Shown in pieces: positions 57,181-64,000 of a stretch of DNA of 64,000 nucleotides; positions within the stretch are counted from its first letter, which is position 1; each line of letters begins with the position of its first letter. Origin of the DNA: an uncultured virus (IMG/VR IMGVR_UViG_3300033550_000001) (Duplodnaviria; Heunggongvirae; Uroviricota; Caudoviricetes); the IMG/VR virus record IMGVR_UViG_3300033550_000001; one strand, written 5' to 3'. The notes beneath the pieces were generated by a model. It did no database searches. It worked only from the letters and a program-made list of their open reading frames with translations, and had not been told where the DNA came from. The translations under genes were made by a program, and so were the position numbers.

Positions 57181-57279
57181 TGGTGGGCCTGTCCGGACTC
57201 GAACCGGAGTCTCCCGGAGCGCGGGAACCGACCAAGGAACGCGCTTCACGGGTGCACTGCCTGACTGTGCTACAGCCCC
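57181..57279 (-). ncRNA. tRNA-like RNA with the anticodon arm replaced by an extended stem and 16-nt loop
   Basis: GGGGCTG TA GCAC AGTCAGGCA GTGC A CCCG TGA AGCGCG [TTCCTTGGTCGGTTCC] CGCGCT C CGGG AGAC TCCGG TTCGAGT CCGGA CAGGCCC A CCA: acceptor stem, D arm, T arm and encoded CCA all present. Confidence 0.88.
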
Positions 57280-57343
57280 GTGTGCCGCAGGCCCGTGAGC
57301 CTGCGAGCGGTGCCGGGATCGCGGCTCCCGGCCGGCCGTCGTG

Positions 57344-57595
57344 CTACGCCTCGCCGACCCAGTGAGCCCGCGCACCCTTCAGAATGTCCTCGTTGGTCGT
57401 CTCGCCGTCCTCGCTCCAGTCGTAGAAGACTCCGTCCAGCCACTTGGCGAATGCGTCGGCGGAGACGGCGGGGAGACCACCCCCGTGGGGGTCCTCGGCC
57501 CACTCACGGATGTCGTACGTCGACAGGGCTTTCACACCGGGCCGGTCGTCGCCGTCCTCCATCTCGGCCAGGGCCTTCAGCAGGTTCTTGTTCAT
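57344..57595 (-). CDS. Hypothetical acidic protein
   Basis: GAGGAACGAC-ATG leader. Confidence 0.7.
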   Translation of the reverse strand: MNKNLLKALAEMEDGDDRPGVKALSTYDIREWAEDPHGGGLPAVSADAFAKWLDGVFYDWSEDGETTNEDILKGARAHWVGEA

Positions 57596-57615
57596 GTCGT
57601 TCCTCGTCTCGGCGG

Positions 57616-58212
57616 TCAGTGACCCGCGACGCGGGCCGCGTTGGCCATGTCGGCCTCGGTCTGCTGCGTGCCGCCGCCGTTGACCAGCAGGTAGAACCTG
57701 GCCTCGTCTGCCTCGGTCGCGCACGCCTTCGTCTCGGCGACCATGAACTGCGCTCGGTTGGCGAAAATCCGCTGCCCCGGCACGGTCAGACCGGTGTACC
57801 GGACGTACGGGCCGTCGCAGGTGTCCTCGGTGAATTCGATGCGGTCGGTCGGGAACCATGACGCGGGGACGGCGAACTCGCCGGCGAACCACATGCACGC
57901 GGTGGTGAGTCGCTGCCGGCCGTCGATGACCGCCCAGAAGGCACCGCCCGTCTCGTACGGGTCGCGGCCGGGGTTGGCCGTGCGCCACTCCTCGGTGGCC
58001 CGGTCGGCGAGGATGACAACGCCAACGGGCAGGCCGCGCAGCCAGGACTCCACCAGGGCGATGCGCTGGTCGGTCGTCCACACGCTGCCGCGCTGGTACG
58101 GCGGGCTGAGCAGGAGGTGCCCCTCGGTGACGGTTCGTGCGATTTCGCGCGCCTGACGGGCTGAGGGGTTCAGGCTGGCGTGTTCCAGCGGGGCGGCGGT
58201 CTGCCTGGTCAT
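57616..58212 (-). CDS. DUF262-domain protein (ParB/Srx fold), stand-alone
   Basis: PPYQRGSVW, VIDGRQRLTT, NGGG. Confidence 0.85.
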   Translation of the reverse strand: MTRQTAAPLEHASLNPSARQAREIARTVTEGHLLLSPPYQRGSVWTTDQRIALVESWLRGLPVGVVILADRATEEWRTANPGRDPYETGGAFWAVIDGRQRLTTACMWFAGEFAVPASWFPTDRIEFTEDTCDGPYVRYTGLTVPGQRIFANRAQFMVAETKACATEADEARFYLLVNGGGTQQTEADMANAARVAGH

Positions 58213-58279
58213 GGTCGGTTCCTCGTTTCCGTGATCGGTGGGGCCGGGGCGACGGTGCCCCGGCCGTCGTGCGCCAGGT

Positions 58280-58867
58280 CTACGGGGTGGTGCGCTGGGC
58301 GATGAACTCCGCCGCGTTGGACGCGCCGAACATGCCGCGCGAGCCGACGGGGCCGACGGCCGACCACACGCCGCACGGCTCGCCCGTGACCGCGTGCGGC
58401 TCCGGGCGCAGCGTCCAGTCGATGTCGTTCGTGGTCACGGTCACCGTGCCGTCCGGCCGCGCGGAGGGGTCCAGCCCCTTGGCCCGGAGGGCCGCGAGGA
58501 GCGGGGCCGACAGTTCGGGCGCGGCCGGGGTCACCGGCTCATCGGCGGACAGGTCGTCCTCGTCGCAGGTGCCGCACAGCGTGTACCCGCCGTCGGTGCG
58601 GCCGAGTTCGGTGGCCCACTGGTCGCGGCACACGGCGCAGCGCTGCGGCTCCACCACGGTCTCGCCGGTCGCACGGTCGGTGACCCGGATCTCCAGCTCT
58701 CCGCCCCGCGCGTTCGCGGCGCGCAGCGTGTCGAGCATCGCGGCCTCGGCCGCGCCCAGGGTCCACTTCGCGTTTCGGACCGGCTTGTCGCCGTCCCACG
58801 CGTACACGACGGCGTACGGCATGGACTGGCCCTTGCTGTGGCCTCCGCCCTTGCGGGGTGCGCTCAT
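58280..58867 (-). CDS. Hypothetical protein
   Basis: First gene after P8; GGAACCGACC-ATG leader; two CxxC. Confidence 0.75.
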   Translation of the reverse strand: MSAPRKGGGHSKGQSMPYAVVYAWDGDKPVRNAKWTLGAAEAAMLDTLRAANARGGELEIRVTDRATGETVVEPQRCAVCRDQWATELGRTDGGYTLCGTCDEDDLSADEPVTPAAPELSAPLLAALRAKGLDPSARPDGTVTVTTNDIDWTLRPEPHAVTGEPCGVWSAVGPVGSRGMFGASNAAEFIAQRTTP

Positions 58868-58902
58868 GGTCGGTTCCTCGTTCCCGGCCGGTCCACCCGG
58901 CC

Positions 58903-58944
58903 ATTGATTTAATTAAACCACAGGGCCCCGGGACGCACAACCCC
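58903..58944 (-). promoter_or_regulatory. Conserved promoter/palindrome P8
   Basis: TTGTGC-N17-TTTAAT; TGGTTTAATTAAATCA. Confidence 0.85.
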
Positions 58945-58970
58945 GGGACCCTGGCGAGTCTGGCCGGCCG

Positions 58971-59852
58971 TCAGCGGCCGTACTGCTCCGCGCCGTGCGA
59001 GACGTAGCCCTTGCCGTCGCAGTGGCTGCACGCGGCGACCGACACGGACTCCACCACGCCCGTCCAGTGGGTGACCTGCTGCTGCCACTGCTCCAGCGCC
59101 TCGGCGTAGTTGTCGGCCGCGACCCGGTCCGGGATCGGCAGAGTCAGACGCCGGTTGACCTTCACCGGCACGTGCCTGCCCGACTTCAGCGGCCGGCCGC
59201 CGCGTCCGGTGTTGGCACGCCACTCGGTGCGGGGCTCGTCGTACGGGACGTACAGGCTCACGTGCACGCCGGGCCTGTTCTGGAAGTTCAGGGAGACGAA
59301 GTCGACGCGCGGCATCCCCTTGAAGACGGCCATCAGGTGGGCGGCCAGGCCAGGGATGTGCCCGGGGAACAGGTGCGCGTACTCCGTCCGCTCGGCCAGC
59401 ATGTACGGGAGCTGCGCGACCCACTGCGGCTCGTCAGGTGCCGGCGGCTCCCGGCCCTCCAGGAACACCACCGGGCCGTCGTAGACGTGCTCCAGCGGCG
59501 GCTGCTCCTCGGTGACGTCCGTGTAGAACGACCACAGCGCGTCCTCGTCGCCCCTCACGCGCTCGTTCCGCTCCTCGACGGTGAGGGTGGCCGGGTAGCG
59601 CACGGACTCCGCGTTCGGGTCGATCAGCCGGTAGCCGACGGTCTTCGGCCGGGGCTGAGCCGTGGCGGTGAGCCGGACGGCCTCGCGGTCCGTGGCCCAC
59701 CAGTCGCCGTGCAGCTCCGCCATCGGGCGGCCGTCGGCGAACATCCCGGTCAACTTGGCGCGGGCGGTGAACCCGGGCCGGCCGAACGCGTCCGGCACCG
59801 GCAGGTGGTACAGCCGGCGGCCGTCGGGGTGCTTCAGCGCGTAGACGGTCAT
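58971..59852 (-). CDS. Hypothetical protein
   Basis: CCGACCAAGGAACGAGGAACCGACTC-ATG leader; C-terminal CSHCDGKG. Confidence 0.8.
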   Translation of the reverse strand: MTVYALKHPDGRRLYHLPVPDAFGRPGFTARAKLTGMFADGRPMAELHGDWWATDREAVRLTATAQPRPKTVGYRLIDPNAESVRYPATLTVEERNERVRGDEDALWSFYTDVTEEQPPLEHVYDGPVVFLEGREPPAPDEPQWVAQLPYMLAERTEYAHLFPGHIPGLAAHLMAVFKGMPRVDFVSLNFQNRPGVHVSLYVPYDEPRTEWRANTGRGGRPLKSGRHVPVKVNRRLTLPIPDRVAADNYAEALEQWQQQVTHWTGVVESVSVAACSHCDGKGYVSHGAEQYGR

Positions 59853-59884
59853 GAGTCGGTTCCTCGTTCCTTGGTCGGTGGTCG

Positions 59885-60100
59885 TCAGGACGCGGCGGCC
59901 GGGACGTCCAGCATCCGCAGGCCGAGGTGCAGGCCCCGGTCCCGGCCGGCGCTGTAGACGCGCTGCACCACGACGATCGCCTGGTCCATCGGCACGCCGA
60001 GGCCGCGCAGCTCCGCTATCGCCGTCTCGGTGGTGTCCATGGCCCGGGTGAACCCCGGGTCCACGATGCGCTCGTCCGGGCTCTGCACACTGGTCGTCAC
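59885..60100 (-). CDS. Small hypothetical protein
   Basis: AGGAGG SD. Confidence 0.6.
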   Translation of the reverse strand: MTTSVQSPDERIVDPGFTRAMDTTETAIAELRGLGVPMDQAIVVVQRVYSAGRDRGLHLGLRMLDVPAAAS

Positions 60101-60177
60101 GGTCGTTATCCCTCCTGCCCCGCCCCTGGCGCCGGATCATACGGGCGGGGGCGGGAATTGCGTTCCTGGTTCCTTGG

Positions 60178-60390
60178 TCAGTGAGCGGTGGTGCAGAACT
60201 CCCGGCGGAACCGGGAGACGGTGTAGCCGGTGCGGGGTGGCTCGGCGCCGGTCGTGTCGATGACGTACCAGCGCTTCGGGCCTCGGCCGCGCGTCACCTC
60301 GGTGTCGTCGTTGTACGGCTCCAGCCGGTAACGGCCGTCGCTGGTGGCGTACACGCTGCTGCCGAGGTGACGCAGGGTCCTAACAGCCAT
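60178..60390 (-). CDS. Small hypothetical protein
   Basis: GAGG SD; ATG start. Confidence 0.6.
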   Translation of the reverse strand: MAVRTLRHLGSSVYATSDGRYRLEPYNDDTEVTRGRGPKRWYVIDTTGAEPPRTGYTVSRFRREFCTTAH

Positions 60391-60407
60391 CGTCTGTGCC
60401 TCATCCC

Positions 60408-60950
60408 TCAGTCGCGGGTGAAGTGGTCGGCGATGCAGCGGCGCAGCTCCCGCAGCGCCTCGCGCTTGTTCGGGATCGGGTCGCTGCTGCCCACGACCCA
60501 CCCGGAGAAGTAGGCGCCCTCGTTCTTGAAGAACCAGCTGGCTTCGGCGATGACCTCCACCTCGTACGGCAGGTCACGGTGCAGGATGTTCTCCAGCGCG
60601 ACCGCCGGGTCCACGGTGGGGTCGGAGCACCACACGGCGGTGACGACGACGCCCGCGTCCACGATCCGCACGTTCTCCGCGTTGTACGGCCGGCGGGCCG
60701 GCTGCTCGGTGGCGGCCTTGCGCACGGAGCGCGGGTGCCAGTCATTCCGGCGCAGGACCGCGACGTCCCGCTTGACGCGTGTCGGTGCGTCGTCGCACTC
60801 GACTCGGACGGTCTTCTCGGTGACCTTGACGACCGCACCGGTGCGCTCGTACCAGCCGCGCCCGCCGTAGCCGTTCTCGTTGGTGACGAACTGGACGCGG
60901 TCGCCCTCGTGCACGTTGCTGAAGTCCACCGGCTCGAACGTCTCGGTCAT
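60408..60950 (-). CDS. Hypothetical protein
   Basis: First gene after P9; GACCAGGGAA..GGAACCGACC-ATG leader. Confidence 0.8.
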   Translation of the reverse strand: MTETFEPVDFSNVHEGDRVQFVTNENGYGGRGWYERTGAVVKVTEKTVRVECDDAPTRVKRDVAVLRRNDWHPRSVRKAATEQPARRPYNAENVRIVDAGVVVTAVWCSDPTVDPAVALENILHRDLPYEVEVIAEASWFFKNEGAYFSGWVVGSSDPIPNKREALRELRRCIADHFTRD

Positions 60951-60997
60951 GGTCGGTTCCCCGTTCCCTGGTCTGCGGTCCGCCCGGCCAGCGCCCC

Positions 60998-61039
60998 GAT
61001 GAATTAATTAAACCATAGGGTGCCGGGGAAGACAACCCC
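60998..61039 (-). promoter_or_regulatory. Conserved promoter/palindrome P9
   Basis: TTGTCT-N17-TTTAAT; TATGGTTTAATTAATTCATC. Confidence 0.85.
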
Positions 61040-61048
61040 GGGCACGAC

Positions 61049-61080
61049 GAAGCCCCGGGCCGCGAGGGCTCCGGGGCTTC
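61049..61080. terminator. Hairpin after the methyltransferase operon
   Basis: GAAGCCCCGG..CCGGGGCTTC. Confidence 0.75.
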
Positions 61081-61186
61081 AGGGTGGGGCGGTCGGTCGT
61101 TCAGGGGGACAGCGGGCGGATGATGCGGTCCCAGGCGGGCGTCACCATGTAGCGGCCGACGGAGCGTATCCACGCCTGTCAGTCGG

Positions 61187-62194
61187 CTACGCCGCCAGCA
61201 CCTCGCCGCGCTCGCCGACACCGGACGCGGCGAGGACGGCCGCGAGCGCCAGGGCCTTCGGAACGGCGTTGCCGACCTGGAGGTGCCGCTGGCCGGACCT
61301 GCCGAGGAAGACGAGGTCCGGCCGGAACCCCTGGAGCGCCGCGCACTCGGCCAGGGACGGCCGCAGGTGTTTGCACGGCTCGGCCGGGTCCCGCTCCCCG
61401 CCCTCCGCGCACTGCACGCACAGCGGCGCCCGGTCCCGCCACGCGTCAGTGCCGATGACCTTCCGCATGGCCTGCCGGGAGCCGTTGCCGAACGGCTCCG
61501 CGCCCCCGGTGTAGACCCCGCCGCCGGTCACCGCCGGGGACGGGCGGCGGGTGTACCCCCACCCGACGACGTCCGCCATGGCGACCAGCGGCGGCTGTCC
61601 CGGCCCGCCGTGCGTCGACGCGGGCAGTGACACCTCCCGCACCCGGGACGCCAGCAGGAGGGCGCGAGGCCGCTTCTGCCCAGCGCCGTGCCGCTCGGCG
61701 TGCAGGACGCCGGCGGCCGTGCTGTACCCCCAGTCGCCCAGAATCTCCGCGTAGTGCCCCCACACCGGCAGCACCGACGGCACCTGCTCCAGGACGACCC
61801 ACGCCGGGCGCAGGTCGTACAGCCAGCGCATCGGCTCGGCGGTCAGGATGGACCGGGCGTCCAGGCACCCCGCAGCGTGCGCGGCCCGGGTGTCCCGGCC
61901 CCGGGCCAGACTGTCGATGGCCTCGTGAACCAGCGGCAGGTCGGTGAGGCCCAGCCTCCGCCCGGACTTGCCGAACGGCGGGCAGGGCGGCCCGCCCACC
62001 AGGCCGCCCGTGCCTGCGAACGGCTCGGTGGGGTGCCGGGTGACGTCGCACTCGATGGTCCAGTGCCCGGCGGCCCGTCGGGTGGCGCAGGCGGCCGGGT
62101 CCATTTCCAGCCCCGGGCCGTGCAGGCCGAGGGGCCGCAGCACCTCGCTGAAGCCGACGCCCGCGAATATCTCGGTAACCTGCGCGCCGTTCAT
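61187..62194 (-). CDS. DNA cytosine-C5 methyltransferase
   Basis: Motif I FAG, IV GPPCPPF, VI EQV, VIII QKRPR, X QVGNAVP. Confidence 0.9.
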   Translation of the reverse strand: MNGAQVTEIFAGVGFSEVLRPLGLHGPGLEMDPAACATRRAAGHWTIECDVTRHPTEPFAGTGGLVGGPPCPPFGKSGRRLGLTDLPLVHEAIDSLARGRDTRAAHAAGCLDARSILTAEPMRWLYDLRPAWVVLEQVPSVLPVWGHYAEILGDWGYSTAAGVLHAERHGAGQKRPRALLLASRVREVSLPASTHGGPGQPPLVAMADVVGWGYTRRPSPAVTGGGVYTGGAEPFGNGSRQAMRKVIGTDAWRDRAPLCVQCAEGGERDPAEPCKHLRPSLAECAALQGFRPDLVFLGRSGQRHLQVGNAVPKALALAAVLAASGVGERGEVLAA

Positions 62195-62703
62195 CCCTCG
62201 TCCTCCGCCTCGTCGTCCTCGTCGGCCAGGCCGTCGGCGAGGTCGCCGAGGGTGTAGCCGCTCCAGCACCGCGCGCAGTAGAAGGCGGCGTCCTTCCGGT
62301 CCGGGAGGTCGGAGGGCTTCGCGAACAGTCGCTCCGTGGCGTGGCTGCACGACTGGCAGCGCAGTATGGCGATGGACCGGAACACGATCTTTCGCCGGTT
62401 CATCTCCGCCCGCAGGGCCCGCGCGTAGTCGTAGACGAAGCCTTTGTCCTGACCGGAGAACACCGTGCTGGTCAGCTCGCAGAGCTGCGCCCGGCGCAGC
62501 ACCGTCGCGTCGTCCAGGCGTTCCCACTGCGAGCGGAACGCCGGCGAAGTGCGGTAGCCCTTGGCCCGCCGCAGCAGGTCGGCGAACTCTTCCGCCGTCG
62601 GGGCGGTGTACCCCTCGGGCGGCCAGACCCTGTACCGGGGCGCGTAGTCGTTGTCCCGCTTCATCTCCAGCAGGGCCCGGCGGGACAGTGTGTCGACGGC
62701 CAT
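62191..62703 (-). CDS. Hypothetical protein with two CxxC
   Basis: Coupled to both neighbours; GAGGTG SD. Confidence 0.7.
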   Translation of the reverse strand: MAVDTLSRRALLEMKRDNDYAPRYRVWPPEGYTAPTAEEFADLLRRAKGYRTSPAFRSQWERLDDATVLRRAQLCELTSTVFSGQDKGFVYDYARALRAEMNRRKIVFRSIAILRCQSCSHATERLFAKPSDLPDRKDAAFYCARCWSGYTLGDLADGLADEDDEAEDEG

Positions 62704-62704
62704 G

Positions 62705-63166
62705 TCACCTCGCCCGCTTCACGGAGTGGAGGGTGAACCGGAAGTTGGCCCGCGCGCCGAACCGGGCGCGCACCTGCTTCAGCGCCTCGTACCGCGCCTC
62801 CAGCTCGGTGCGTGCGGAGACGAACACCGGCAGCAGGCTGTCCCGGCTGCCGTCCTCCGCCATCGCCTTGTGCTGGAGCGTGACGGTCCAGCGGCGGTAG
62901 GTCTCCCGGCGCGGGAACACCTGCGAGGGGCGGTAGCGGCGGGACTGCTCCTCGCCGGCCTTGGCGCAGTACAGGTGCGTGCGGTCGGTGCGCACGTAGA
63001 CGGCCGGGAACTCCACCTCGTCGCCGTCCTCGTCCAGCGTGCGGATGGTCACCGGCTGGCCCATCGTCGCCTCGCCGGGGCGCAGGTGCACCAGCCCGGG
63101 GCGGACGCGGGACGCGGGGCCGGACGGCTTGCGCCGCACCGGTCGCTCCACGGAGTAGCTGGTCAT
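62705..63166 (-). CDS. Hypothetical protein
   Basis: First gene after P10; GACCAAGGAA leader. Confidence 0.75.
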   Translation of the reverse strand: MTSYSVERPVRRKPSGPASRVRPGLVHLRPGEATMGQPVTIRTLDEDGDEVEFPAVYVRTDRTHLYCAKAGEEQSRRYRPSQVFPRRETYRRWTVTLQHKAMAEDGSRDSLLPVFVSARTELEARYEALKQVRARFGARANFRFTLHSVKRAR

Positions 63167-63211
63167 GGGGCCCTACTTTCCTTGGTCTTTGGTCTCCGAC
63201 CTAACGGCCGT

Positions 63212-63253
63212 TATGACTTAATTAAACCATGAAGCCCCGGGGCGGACAACCCC
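63212..63253 (-). promoter_or_regulatory. Conserved promoter/palindrome P10
   Basis: TTGTCC-N17-TTTAAT; ATGGTTTAATTAAGTCAT. Confidence 0.85.
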
Positions 63254-63271
63254 GGGGCACAGGTTCTGCGG

Positions 63272-63427
63272 TCAGTCCTCGTCCGGGACGTGCACGCGGA
63301 ACGTGTCGCTGGCCGGGTCCATCCGCACCTCGGCCTGTCCGCCGTTGCTGCGGATCTCCTGCGCCTTCGCCTCGGCCGGCTTGACGCCGCGCGGGTGGCC
63401 CGCCGGCGACGTGAACACCACTGCCAT
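63272..63427 (-). CDS. 51-aa hypothetical protein (absent from the ORF track)
   Basis: CCGACCAAGGAATGAGGAAGATC-ATG leader. Confidence 0.65.
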   Translation of the reverse strand: MAVVFTSPAGHPRGVKPAEAKAQEIRSNGGQAEVRMDPASDTFRVHVPDED

Positions 63428-63515
63428 GATCTTCCTCATTCCTTGGTCGGGCGCTCGGACTGAGCTGCCTCACAGGGGGCGCGGACGGCTCACCGGCCGC
63501 GCCCCCGGGCGGCGT

Positions 63516-63794
63516 TCAGCGCGCGGAGGCGTTCCCCGGGAACGTCGGCACCCCGGCGGCCTCGTTCCACGCCGCGAAGTCCTCGCCGGGCATCCCGTTC
63601 GACAAGGACCCCAGCGCCGTGGCGGCAGCGCCGGCGAGGGTCGCGTGGACCAGGGCGGCGGTCAGGTCCGCCGTACGCCGGGCGATCCGCTCCTCTCCGG
63701 ACATGTCCGCCTTCCAGCCGGTGTCCGCGTTCTCCCACGTCTCGGCCTGGCGCTGAAACCGTTCGGCCTCCAGGTAGTGCTCGGGTCCGGTCAT
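63516..63794 (-). CDS. Hypothetical protein
   Basis: GAGGAACCGAC leader; MTGPEHYLEAE..VHATLA pattern. Confidence 0.75.
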   Translation of the reverse strand: MTGPEHYLEAERFQRQAETWENADTGWKADMSGEERIARRTADLTAALVHATLAGAAATALGSLSNGMPGEDFAAWNEAAGVPTFPGNASAR

Positions 63795-64000
63795 CGTGTC
63801 GGTTCCTCTCGTGTTCGGTGGGCCGGGGCCGCCGGTCGACGGCCCCGGGTCTGTCTGTCGGTCAGGCGCTGACCAGTTCGCGGGTCTTCGCCGGGCGCAC
63901 CGTCTGGCGGACGGTCACCGGGGCGCCGCCGGCCAGGACCATGAGCACCACGGCCGCCCTGTACTCCGCCTTGCGCGGCCTGTAGTTCCGCAGCAGGACG

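Noticed and set aside
57181..57279. Ordinary tRNA (e.g. Ala, from the GGGGCUG 5' end) or tmRNA
   Set aside because: No 7-nt anticodon loop, no G3.U70 pair, and far too short for tmRNA with no tag ORF.

Overview
High-GC window from an actinomycete (probably Streptomyces) tailed phage or phage-plasmid. The left and middle parts (mostly + strand) hold a family A DNA polymerase that runs off the window edge, small early genes, and a five-gene DNA base-hypermodification operon (ParB-like, amino acid:DNA transferase, PLP enzyme, P-loop kinase, TET/JBP dioxygenase). These are followed by TerS, a sugar dehydratase, a triple-HTH regulator, an Rpf-NlpC/P60-LysM protein and an intein-containing TerL. 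A 9-kb insert (tyrosine recombinase, XRE regulator, ATP-grasp RiPP) separates TerL from the portal, head, tail, lysis and glycosyltransferase genes. The right arm (mostly - strand) has WhiB, DUF3560, DnaN, ParA plus partner, DUF262, a C5 methyltransferase and many small genes. Ten near-identical promoter/palindrome elements precede the non-structural operons. The main find is a 99-nt tRNA-shaped RNA (57181-57279, - strand) whose anticodon arm is replaced by a long stem carrying a 16-nt loop, UUCCUUGGUCGGUUCC. That loop is the reverse complement of two boxes (GACCAAGGAA and GGAACCGACC) found in the ribosome-binding leaders of about 20 non-structural genes, which suggests a tRNA-scaffolded guide RNA controlling translation. 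Second, the TerL intein carries an HNH endonuclease gene in a different reading frame. All family assignments come from motif recognition by eye, not database searches.
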